Of a stretch of DNA of 54,784 nt, positions 17,776 to 26,683 are shown piece after piece (position 1 is the first letter of the stretch; each line of letters starts with the position of its first letter). The notes beneath the pieces were generated by a model that had not been told where the DNA came from, did no database searches, and saw only the letters and a program-made list of their open reading frames with translations. This DNA is from a virus. Its lineage: Duplodnaviria > Caudoviricetes. Both the position numbers and the translations under genes were made by a program. The DNA lies in IMG/VR virus record IMGVR_UViG_3300022932_000095, positions 1 to 54,784 of that record; one strand, written 5' to 3'.

Positions 17776-19716
17776 ATGGGTGTAAAATACAGGGTTGCTT
17801 ATAGGGATTACTTTAATCAGGAGTGTAGGGTAGATATATATCCTAAGATTGAGTACACTGGAGACGTAATAATGTTAAGGGGCATAGAAGGACAAGCGTG
17901 TACGCTTGAAAGGGACTGTTCTGATGATCCAAATGAACCAATTATAAACACTAAAGCACTAATAAACGTATATCAAACAGAAGGGCTTCCTATTGACATA
18001 CAGGAGTTGCAACAGGCACAGGACAGAGATTTCATAGTTGAATCCTACATCAATAATAGCCTTGAATTTAAAGGCTTCCTGATACCAGATGGTATAAGAA
18101 GAATTTTTCAGGCTGCACCATTTGAACTAAACATGGTTGCTACTGATGGATTGATGTTATTAGATAACCTCAGGTACACCCATAACAATCTAACAGGCGG
18201 AAGATGTATTTTAAATTACTTTAGACAGATACTTTTTTCTGACAACAACCTAGGGTTGCCATTGCCTATCCAGTGGGTTAATGCGCTTAAAAATGCTAAC
18301 TTCCCTTTAGAGGACGATGTGTTTACCGGATCTTTAAGGTGGGCATCAAGAGGGGAGGGTTTTACAGATTATAACGGTAATGTTAAAACATGTCTTTACA
18401 TTCTTGAAAACATGCTTAGATCTATGCAATGCAGAATTGTACAGGACAAAGGGTTATGGAAAATAAAAAGAATAAACGACATAGTAACCGGTAGCTATGT
18501 TTACAGAGAAACTCCAGGCGTGCTAACTGGATTAGATGTGACGACTAGCGGGGTAGTAAGCGCGATTAAAACGATAGCAGGGAAGAATTACCCATCTGAT
18601 TACAGCTTCATTAATGAAGATGCCGAAATAACAGTAGCACCTCCACTAAACAGGGTAACCACTACATACGATCAGGATCAAAGAGATAACATACTACCTA
18701 ACGGTAATATGGATATTGTTTCATTTAGTCAACCTATATACTGGAATCTAACTGGCGGAACGAGTGGCTCTGTGGCAAGTTTTCAGTCCGTAGGTAGTTT
18801 AAGCAAGGCAGCGGGTCAGGCGGTTGAGGTAACGAATCCTGTGGGCGGTGGAGCGTGCAGATTTGAATTGGCAGATTTGTTTTTGCCTATTGACTCAGAT
18901 GTGCTATACACCTATATAAATGTAGGATTTAAATTTTCTATAATAAATGGAGCCACAATAGATCCGGATGGGTATATAGTTTGGGACTCTACGCCTTTTA
19001 CATTTAAATTAGTGTATTTTGCAGGAACTACAGCGTATTATCTCAATGAAAATGGATTCTGGGTCACTACTGAAACAAACATACAAATAACAGTGCCGAA
19101 ATTAAAGTTAAATGATGTGGCTCAAATAGATTTTAATGGTAAACAAGATATAATATTACCATTACCACAAATAATACCAATAGAGAAGGGAACAAACCCA
19201 TGTCTGTATCTTTCATTTAATATACCGGAGGGCCGTAAAGTCGTATTTGATGACATATATATAAATACAGATAACAATTCTGATGTATATGAAGCTTCAT
19301 ATGGAGGTGCAACGACGAATACAGCTAAAGAGGATTACTCGCTAAGAATCAGCTCGTCTCATAATGGTTTTTATGTATCCAATTTTATGACTAACTTTAG
19401 TCAGTCTGGGCAAGAGAAGTTTTTTATAGACGGTGATTTCACGGATACACTCACGGCTATAAATAGTCATTCTGTGATTAGAAATAGATATAAGTCATCT
19501 TTTATATTCAATGGATCTATTTATGGTCAATCGTATGAGTACGGTGAAATATATAATATACAAACGTTGGATAATAAAAATTTCTTACCCTTAAGAACGT
19601 CATGGAACACAGAAACAAATACTATAAACATGAGGTGCATTGAAGTGAGAAATGACAGTGTCAATATATATATGAAGCATTACGGTAAAAACGATCAGAC
19701 AGTTTTAAGTAACTAA
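17776..19716 (+). CDS. Tail tip / hub protein
   Basis: After tape measure; FKGFLIPD..ATDGL..ILENML..CRIVQ..WKI; internal LPNGNMD CBM-like insert. Confidence 0.7.
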   Translation: MGVKYRVAYRDYFNQECRVDIYPKIEYTGDVIMLRGIEGQACTLERDCSDDPNEPIINTKALINVYQTEGLPIDIQELQQAQDRDFIVESYINNSLEFKGFLIPDGIRRIFQAAPFELNMVATDGLMLLDNLRYTHNNLTGGRCILNYFRQILFSDNNLGLPLPIQWVNALKNANFPLEDDVFTGSLRWASRGEGFTDYNGNVKTCLYILENMLRSMQCRIVQDKGLWKIKRINDIVTGSYVYRETPGVLTGLDVTTSGVVSAIKTIAGKNYPSDYSFINEDAEITVAPPLNRVTTTYDQDQRDNILPNGNMDIVSFSQPIYWNLTGGTSGSVASFQSVGSLSKAAGQAVEVTNPVGGGACRFELADLFLPIDSDVLYTYINVGFKFSIINGATIDPDGYIVWDSTPFTFKLVYFAGTTAYYLNENGFWVTTETNIQITVPKLKLNDVAQIDFNGKQDIILPLPQIIPIEKGTNPCLYLSFNIPEGRKVVFDDIYINTDNNSDVYEASYGGATTNTAKEDYSLRISSSHNGFYVSNFMTNFSQSGQEKFFIDGDFTDTLTAINSHSVIRNRYKSSFIFNGSIYGQSYEYGEIYNIQTLDNKNFLPLRTSWNTETNTINMRCIEVRNDSVNIYMKHYGKNDQTVLSN

Positions 19717-19721
19717 CAACT

Positions 19722-20231
19722 ATGGCAAAAAACATATTACCTGGAAATTTACTTGGGCTGGAGATAGACGGTAAGTTTATAGGTTGCGAGCTGTCTTGTG
19801 ATTTTAATTTTGAGACAGATCTTAGGCCGGCCTCCCCTGTCACTTCTGGTAGGTGGAAAGAAAGCATACCGGGAGTGAGATCTTGGTCTATATCTTTGAA
19901 CGCTAAAATGCTTATAAGACAATTAGATGGGATTAGTATAAACGCTGTTCTTAATGCATTCTTAACGGGTTCATTAATGAATGTAAGATATATGGTTACT
20001 GATCCGTCTTACCCCAATTTTGTCATATCAGGTAAAGCCTACGTGTTGAACGGGTCAATATCTGGATCAGCAGGCACTAAAGCAACATGGAGCACTACCC
20101 TTACAGGAAACGGGCCTTTCACAGTAGATGTAAATACAAATATAATTTATCTCTTAGCTACTGATGATGCTGGTCATACAATTATACAAGATGGAAATAA
20201 TAAATTAATACAAGATAAACATGGCAATTGA
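19722..20231 (+). CDS. Tail-tube-fold protein (distal tail / fibre adaptor)
   Basis: IGCELSCDFNF..WKESIPGVRSWSISLN..ISGKAYV..TLTGNGPF. Confidence 0.7.
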   Translation: MAKNILPGNLLGLEIDGKFIGCELSCDFNFETDLRPASPVTSGRWKESIPGVRSWSISLNAKMLIRQLDGISINAVLNAFLTGSLMNVRYMVTDPSYPNFVISGKAYVLNGSISGSAGTKATWSTTLTGNGPFTVDVNTNIIYLLATDDAGHTIIQDGNNKLIQDKHGN

Positions 20232-22974
20232 TCCAACAATTACAGAAACCGTAATAATTCCAGAATTAGATACGGCAGCACTCGTACTAACTAATTACTT
20301 TGCTCATTCAACTACAAGTGGTAGCTTAAAAAAGGCAACCATAAACAGTTTGGCTATATTTTTAGCTCCATACGTATCTTCAATAGGTGCGAGTGGATTT
20401 ATACCGGTAACCAGCAGTACGCTACCAAACCCAACAACGGTAACTTCGGCTTATAGTATAGTTGGGGCTGGTACTTATACACAAACAACCGGTGATAGCT
20501 TAATTTTATCATCCCCGTTAAATGTAATATCCTGGAATGGGTCTACATGGAGTCTTGCAGAACAGATAACTATAGATTTAAATTTATATGCTAAAAAAAG
20601 CGATGTATTTAATGTTGTTCGATCAGCATCAGTCAATTTATTTAATAAAAATGCTGCAAAAAAAGGTTTTTATGTAGATCCTGACACGGGAGGGTTAATT
20701 CCTAATGCTGCATACTACTATTCAGAATACATACCTGTCACTGGTGGGCAGTCGTATGTAAAATTAGAGTTTCACGCCTGGTATGATGCCAATAATGTGT
20801 TTATATCCGGTGGGGTTACTCCTGGAGGAGCTTCTTTCGTTGCTCCTAGTAACGCGTCATATTTAAGGATGTCTGTGCATGAATCGTTAATAGACGGATG
20901 GCAGGTAGAAGCTGGAACGGCTAATACGCCTTACCAGGATTTCATATTGATAAACGGTTCTCAAATCAAAAAGAACACCCTTGCTTATGAAAAATTAATA
21001 TTCCAGCAATCAAAGAATTTATTTGACAAAGATACTGCCCTATTGGGGTATGTGATGAATCAATTTGGAACTCTTGGCGTTCCATCTCCTGATCCTTTAT
21101 ATTCTGTGTCTGACTTCATATTGGTAGATCAGCAAAAAACATATGTAATAAATCACCCGTCTTTTGTCACATTTTACTCTGACAGGAGTACGCCTTTAAT
21201 GGCAATAACAGTTAACGGGACAGCTCCATTGACGTTCTCTACTCCGCCTTTATGTAATTACGTTAGACTCAGTCCGCTTCCATATGATTCAGCAGATCAG
21301 GGCCCGTTCTCATTGTATGCATTCCAAATGGAATTAGGGTCTACCTCTACATCATATGAACCTTACTATAAATTTTCAGCCTCACAAGGTAAGGGTGCGG
21401 TCTTGTTGTCGTCGTATGGATTTGTTAAATCTACTAACCTGTTCAATAAAAAAACAGCTGTATCGGGTTACTACATATCGCCAACCACAGGCGGTCTTGT
21501 GGCTAATTCTGATTATTTTTTTAGCGACTACATACCTGTTAAGCCAAGCACTTCATATTCAAGTGTTAGTCTTCATGCTTTTTATGATGCAAACATGTTG
21601 TTTATATCTGGAGGTGCCCCGCCTACACCATCAACCGTGACTTCCCCATCCAATGCTGCCTATATAAGAATGAGCCCATATAAGACTCAGCTGGACAAAT
21701 GGCAGTTCCAAGAAGGGGCGACTAATACTGGATACGAACCGTTTGGGCTACTTATTGAAGCTGACAGGGTAAAATACGACGCAAATACAGGTACTTTAAC
21801 TACCCAATTGGTTGTGAAATCCGGGGGCACTGTAGGTGTAGATTGTGACTTTACAGACATAAAAACTGCACTTGACTCTATAGTAAATAACTCAAAAAAC
21901 AACCCTTACAGGATTTCAGTTAGAAACGGGGTCTATGATTTTAGTGGTCAGAGCTATAAGTATCTTGGTATTAAAAATTATGTTGAAATAGTTGGTCAAA
22001 CCAGAAGCGGAGTAAAAGTTATAAACAGAAAATCTTCTTATGACTTTTTTAATGCCGTTTTTGATGCAGAAGGGTATTCTAATAAAATAGAGTATGCGCT
22101 AATACAAAATATGACGCTCATATCTTATAATGGCAAAGGAGCGGTGCATATAGATACCGACTACAATCATCTTATAGACGGAGGCAGCATACATGTTGTT
22201 GATTGTGATCTAATTAACGAGAATACTTCTGGCATGGAAAATTATCAGGTTGCACTAGCTTGCGGTTTAGACTCAGGGCAGAGGGTTGTATGTAAAAATT
22301 TAAACTCAAATGGAATTTTATGGGCGCACAACAAAAACCATAGAGACGACAAAAGAGGTTTTGTATTTGAGCTATACAATTGCAGGATGCCATGGAATCA
22401 GATGTATGATGAATATAACTATAGCTATGATAAATTCATTATGCAAGGTTGTAGCCTAGAATACATCGATTTTGGACTAGATAACAGTCTTTCAACAAAA
22501 AGGTCATACACTGAATTTGCTATATCTGCCTTAATGACAGCTAATAATATAGGATACATTAAAGGCACAGATACAGCGTTGCCTGGGAATAGGTATGCGT
22601 TTTGGGATTCTGCTTTCGGAGGTAAATTCGGAATCAATGAAAGCAGTATACATATGTATTGTAAAAATACCTACGGGTCAACCATCAACAGAGATACTTT
22701 AGTTACAGGTGTTATAAATCAGACCAACGTTCAGCCGTGGTCTGATGGAGATTTCTTGTTCGGTCAAGCCCTCGACAATATTCCTTCTGGGGAATGGGGT
22801 ACAGTTCAGTATTCAGGAATTATTTTCGTTAACTCGAGCGGAGTTATATCTTTTAATGATAAGGTTACACTAAATTCATCAGGAAGAGCTGTAGTTGCAA
22901 CTGGGACAGACTTTATAGGGTATTCCATGAGCAGTGTCGTGTCAGATTCTACAATAAAAGTTAAGATTAAATAG
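20221..22974 (+). CDS. Receptor-binding protein / tailspike with tandem repeats and beta-helix-like domain
   Basis: Three NLF(N/D)K..Y.R.S..Q.E.G..T.Y repeats; DFTDIKTALDSI..YRISVRNGVY beta-helix cap motif. Confidence 0.75.
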   Translation: MAIDPTITETVIIPELDTAALVLTNYFAHSTTSGSLKKATINSLAIFLAPYVSSIGASGFIPVTSSTLPNPTTVTSAYSIVGAGTYTQTTGDSLILSSPLNVISWNGSTWSLAEQITIDLNLYAKKSDVFNVVRSASVNLFNKNAAKKGFYVDPDTGGLIPNAAYYYSEYIPVTGGQSYVKLEFHAWYDANNVFISGGVTPGGASFVAPSNASYLRMSVHESLIDGWQVEAGTANTPYQDFILINGSQIKKNTLAYEKLIFQQSKNLFDKDTALLGYVMNQFGTLGVPSPDPLYSVSDFILVDQQKTYVINHPSFVTFYSDRSTPLMAITVNGTAPLTFSTPPLCNYVRLSPLPYDSADQGPFSLYAFQMELGSTSTSYEPYYKFSASQGKGAVLLSSYGFVKSTNLFNKKTAVSGYYISPTTGGLVANSDYFFSDYIPVKPSTSYSSVSLHAFYDANMLFISGGAPPTPSTVTSPSNAAYIRMSPYKTQLDKWQFQEGATNTGYEPFGLLIEADRVKYDANTGTLTTQLVVKSGGTVGVDCDFTDIKTALDSIVNNSKNNPYRISVRNGVYDFSGQSYKYLGIKNYVEIVGQTRSGVKVINRKSSYDFFNAVFDAEGYSNKIEYALIQNMTLISYNGKGAVHIDTDYNHLIDGGSIHVVDCDLINENTSGMENYQVALACGLDSGQRVVCKNLNSNGILWAHNKNHRDDKRGFVFELYNCRMPWNQMYDEYNYSYDKFIMQGCSLEYIDFGLDNSLSTKRSYTEFAISALMTANNIGYIKGTDTALPGNRYAFWDSAFGGKFGINESSIHMYCKNTYGSTINRDTLVTGVINQTNVQPWSDGDFLFGQALDNIPSGEWGTVQYSGIIFVNSSGVISFNDKVTLNSSGRAVVATGTDFIGYSMSSVVSDSTIKVKIK

Positions 22975-22977
22975 AGT

Positions 22978-23018
22978 AATACCCCCGCATTCAATATAAT
23001 ATTTTGCGGGGGTATTTT
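22978..23018. terminator. Intrinsic terminator after the tail operon
   Basis: AATACCCCCGCA..TGCGGGGGTATTTT. Confidence 0.8.
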
Positions 23019-23436
23019 ACTTAGGACTATATCTATAACTAGCCCCTGACATTTTGTTCCGAGTTTCTGTGCGACTTTCATCCCATTCTTGAGCTATTGT
23101 AATAGCCCTGTCAAATGCATATGCCAACATAATGAATAAAAACCATATTATCAAAAGTCTTCTATTTTTCATTTTTTAATTGGATTATATTGTAAATTAT
23201 ACATATGGGGTACGGCTGGCAATGGACTCCAAAAAACACAACTAGATTTTCACCAAAATATTCACAAGAATCAGCTGTTACACTAACCCTTTTATTTGTA
23301 TTTTTATGAATCATTACGAACTCTATAATTACCATGAGCCTAATTTATACAAATTATGGTGGTAACATGTTATTGTAACTAAAACATTACAATTAATTTA
23401 ATTACATTTGCTATACACCAATTTAATTAAAAATTT

Positions 23437-23493
23437 ATGCCAGATCCAGTTGTAACACCTCCTACTAAACCACCAGGTTCAGGAGTAAAATAA
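23437..23493 (+). CDS. 18-aa Pro-rich peptide MPDPVVTPPTKPPGSGVK
   Basis: First ATG after the TACATTTG box (23403-23410); A-rich leader. Confidence 0.45.
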   Translation: MPDPVVTPPTKPPGSGVK

Positions 23494-23501
23494 AAAAAAA
23501 C

Positions 23502-23858
23502 ATGAAGATAGCCGTTTTATTCACTTATGTTATGCTCTTCCTTGTACATCAAATGTTTGGTGATAACGGATATTTGTGGTCTGGATTCTATACAGTATTA
23601 CACTTATTGATGATATCAGCATTATGCAGGTTTGAGGCAGATAGCGTAAATAATGGGGAAGAAAAACGGCTATTTTTTAATTACATATCATACTTGTCAT
23701 TAGGGAACGCTGTATATGCATCTATTTGTTCTGTAAAAAATCATTTAGACGGTAAAGCTGGGGCTCAATGGGTCATATTCCATACTGATCTATCAGCTTG
23801 GGTTATAGGGTTAGGTTTTGGTATGTTTTTAGTGCATTTAGCTTTAAAAACGAAATGA
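23502..23858 (+). CDS. Multi-pass membrane protein (lysis cluster)
   Basis: About four hydrophobic segments. Confidence 0.65.
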   Translation: MKIAVLFTYVMLFLVHQMFGDNGYLWSGFYTVLHLLMISALCRFEADSVNNGEEKRLFFNYISYLSLGNAVYASICSVKNHLDGKAGAQWVIFHTDLSAWVIGLGFGMFLVHLALKTK

Positions 23859-24262
23859 GCTTAACTATGAAGATGCTTCTGGCTTATATAGACTTTTTCC
23901 TTGTGTATATCCTTATTACACCTTTAAATATGGGGTGGACTGCTTGGCTGTGGTACTCTCTTTGTGTCATACTTGCGTTTTCCTTGAGACTAGGGATAGA
24001 GTTTAATAAAAATAGATTGACATGGAAAAATGGCCTCGTTCAATCTATATATACAATAACCTGGTGTTTTTTTTCGGTACTGGTGTGGTATACATTTTTA
24101 CTTTATAAGAGTGGGTTTGAAATATATTTATTTGTAAATTCTTTATTTGCAGTATTTATTGTTGGTGAAGCCGAAAAGGTTTTTGAGAAAGGATTTAAAA
24201 GGTGGTTGTCAGAGAAAGTGGGCACGGTGCTTGCGACTCATAAACAGGAGGATAAACCATGA
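23855..24262 (+). CDS. Holin-like membrane protein
   Basis: 3-4 hydrophobic segments and charged C-terminus; ATGA-coupled start at 23855. Confidence 0.6.
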   Translation: MSLTMKMLLAYIDFFLVYILITPLNMGWTAWLWYSLCVILAFSLRLGIEFNKNRLTWKNGLVQSIYTITWCFFSVLVWYTFLLYKSGFEIYLFVNSLFAVFIVGEAEKVFEKGFKRWLSEKVGTVLATHKQEDKP

Positions 24263-24624
24263 ACATACCACAAATAGCAGGATTTATATTGATATGCCTA
24301 ATGATAGGTATTGTTTTCTTAGGTACAAAGTTCGTATCTAAGGCTAGATATAAAGGTCACGGGATATATTACCTAACAATAAATGCATTTTTTAGAGGGC
24401 AAGACGACTACAAAGGATGGTTAAGAGAAAACAGGGTGTATCATTGGGTAATCATTCTTATCGTATCTCTTATACCCACAATATTATTGTTAATAGAGCC
24501 GTTCAGGCAAAATAAAATGCTAATAAGACCAGAAGCATCTGTTTTTATAAATGTTTTGCTATGGGTATCAGTATTTAAAACTTATAGATGGTTGTTTGAT
24601 AAAATAAATAAAACACATGACTAG
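24259..24624 (+). CDS. Membrane protein (lysis cluster)
   Basis: Three hydrophobic segments; directly before the endolysin. Confidence 0.6.
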   Translation: MNIPQIAGFILICLMIGIVFLGTKFVSKARYKGHGIYYLTINAFFRGQDDYKGWLRENRVYHWVIILIVSLIPTILLLIEPFRQNKMLIRPEASVFINVLLWVSVFKTYRWLFDKINKTHD

Positions 24625-25156
24625 TATACCAGAAAAATATAAATGGCTTTTAAAAGAAGGTTCTCCGGCTCACATGGTAGAGGCTTTAAAGCACTACGGG
24701 ACATTAGAGATTGCCGGCAAAGGGAGCAACCCAAATATTATGAAGTGGGCTAAGGAGGTAGGTGTATTTGGATGGTACAATGATGATGATGTACCGTGGT
24801 GTGGGTTGTTTGTGGGGGTTTGTATGAAAAGAGCAACATGGCCGATAAAAACAGACCTGTTATCGGCTTTAAGTTGGGCAAACTTTGGAGATAAAGTTTC
24901 GAATGGGCAAGAAAGTTATTCAGATATACTAGTATTTGTAAGGCCGGGGGGAGGGCATGTTGGGTTTTACGTAGGAGAGAATGACCATGCTTTTCTTGTT
25001 TTAGGTGGAAATCAGTCTAATGCTGTATGCCTTGCATGGATTTCAAAGGACAGACTATTTGCTTGCAGAAGACCACACTGGAGATCTAGCCAACCGAATA
25101 ATGTCAGAAAGATATATTTATCGGAATCAGGAGAATTATCTAAAAACGAATCATAA
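24617..25156 (+). CDS. Endolysin, TIGR02594-type CHAP/NlpC-P60-like peptidase
   Basis: DDDVPWCGLFV (Cys), GGGHVGFY (His), VLGGNQSNAV. Confidence 0.85.
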   Translation: MTSIPEKYKWLLKEGSPAHMVEALKHYGTLEIAGKGSNPNIMKWAKEVGVFGWYNDDDVPWCGLFVGVCMKRATWPIKTDLLSALSWANFGDKVSNGQESYSDILVFVRPGGGHVGFYVGENDHAFLVLGGNQSNAVCLAWISKDRLFACRRPHWRSSQPNNVRKIYLSESGELSKNES

Positions 25157-25174
25157 ACACTTAAATTAAAACAT

Positions 25175-25648
25175 ATGTCAACAGAAAAAACAGGAATCGG
25201 GAAACTATTATCAAAAATAGGATCTTTTTTTACAGGACTATTTGATGCAGCAGCAAGCACGTTTAACGACCTTGCGCCTGAAATTAAAGAATCCTTTGTT
25301 AAAGGCTCTAGCATCTTGAACCTTATCAATAAGTATGTGAACGAAACTCCAGATTTCATCATACAGGTTATACAAGATAAGTTTCCGGATGTTACACGCG
25401 AAAAGCTGTCAGCAGGACTGTACGAAGTCGCCACGGGGCTTAATATAGCTCAGGATTTAACTAAGGAAGATTTAGAGTCAACACTTAAAGCGATACAGCA
25501 ACATTTATCCAAATTAAAGGGGTCTTTCTGGGCTGGAGCCAGTGAGTTTGGAGCTAAGTTGTTAGCGTTTGCATTTGCTCCAGAAGGAACCAAGTGGGCA
25601 ACATTAAGCTCGCTAATGGAGTATGTATACCAGAAATATATTAAATAG
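25175..25648 (+). CDS. Hypothetical protein, last gene of the lysis cluster
   Basis: Amphipathic N-terminus; followed by a terminator. Confidence 0.65.
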   Translation: MSTEKTGIGKLLSKIGSFFTGLFDAAASTFNDLAPEIKESFVKGSSILNLINKYVNETPDFIIQVIQDKFPDVTREKLSAGLYEVATGLNIAQDLTKEDLESTLKAIQQHLSKLKGSFWAGASEFGAKLLAFAFAPEGTKWATLSSLMEYVYQKYIK

Positions 25649-25657
25649 ATTTACAGT

Positions 25658-25691
25658 ACACCCGACAAACATATGCTGTCGGGTGTTGTTT
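25658..25691. terminator. Terminator between convergent lysis and early-left operons
   Basis: ACACCCGACA..TGTCGGGTGT. Confidence 0.75.
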
Positions 25692-25823
25692 AGGTTAACT
25701 TTCATCTCTGAGGTTCTACAGATAGTTAGCTGCCTTTCTCACAGCGGGGCCGATTAAGTAAGCCAAGCAGAAGCACAGAGTACCTACAGCGATGAATATT
25801 AAAGTATCTTGTGTTATGTGGTT

Positions 25824-26432
25824 TCATGGTTGCTTAGTTGAGGTGGTTGATTTGAAATGAGAATTATAAATTGAATAAACAGGCACGGTTTCAGTTTTCC
25901 CTTCTTTTGATAGATTAACTTTTAAATGATCTATATTCTTTCCATACGTAGGTTTAATTATTCGACCGCTCATCTCCATATCAAACCCATTACCTCTTTT
26001 TGAATAGACAGTTCTATCTACTGATCTGACTCTGAAATATGAACTTATTTGATAAACACCTTTATACCCTTTAATATCTTTCCAAATTTCAACATTGATA
26101 TTTTCAGCAGGAGCAACCGGGATAAATTGGTTGGCGTACATTTCAGCGGCTTTGTTTATATAAGCGTCAAGAACTGCTGGAGAAATTTCAAAATCCCTTA
26201 ATAATTCAATCCATGAAACATACTTAGTGCCTATTAAGGTCTTATCCTTACACTCCTGCAAAGTCAGTTTACCTTTCTTCCCCTGCTCGATTAACCACTC
26301 GGTGTGTTTTGAAAACAACTCCAAAATGCTTTGAAATACAGGCTCTCCATGATCATTCTTAAACAGCCCAATGGCTGAAATATTAACTCCTACGGCTTTA
26401 CAAAAAGCCTTCTCTTGTTCGTGTTGTTCCAT
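25824..26432 (-). CDS. Hypothetical protein with C-terminal NUMOD4 motif, no HNH
   Basis: EIWKDIKGYKGVYQISSYFRVRS..LKVNLSKEG. Confidence 0.7.
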   Translation of the reverse strand: MEQHEQEKAFCKAVGVNISAIGLFKNDHGEPVFQSILELFSKHTEWLIEQGKKGKLTLQECKDKTLIGTKYVSWIELLRDFEISPAVLDAYINKAAEMYANQFIPVAPAENINVEIWKDIKGYKGVYQISSYFRVRSVDRTVYSKRGNGFDMEMSGRIIKPTYGKNIDHLKVNLSKEGKTETVPVYSIYNSHFKSTTSTKQP

Positions 26433-26434
26433 GA

Positions 26435-26641
26435 TTAAAATTGAGCGTCTCCCAGCGCGTTAAATTCAGACTCAGTCATGTAAACGGGGGTAATGGTAAA
26501 AAACACATCCTCCACTTTATCAGGTTCCCAATCGCCTAAATAGCCATCCATAATGTTTCATGCCTCTGTTAAGGTTTCGCAAACACAACTCATATCTCCG
26601 TTGTCCTCTAATTTGTAGTATAATTCTTTTTCTTCTTCCAT
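26435..26641 (-). pseudogene. Small acidic ORF with internal TGA at codon 28
   Basis: MEEEKELYY..TLTEA*NIMDGYLG..ALGDAQF; frame continues after the TGA at 26558-26560. Confidence 0.5.
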
Positions 26642-26683
26642 ATCGTATTCGGCTATAGCTTGCCGTTAAGCTTTGTTAAGGGG

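Noticed and set aside
20221-22974. Diversity-generating retroelement or invertible fibre cassette
   Set aside because: No reverse transcriptase or invertase in the window. The repeats are diverged in-frame protein domains, not adenine-specific TR/VR pairs.
26435-26641. Genome-wide TGA recoding
   Set aside because: Single case. Long genes are intact in the standard code and many end in ATGA overlaps.
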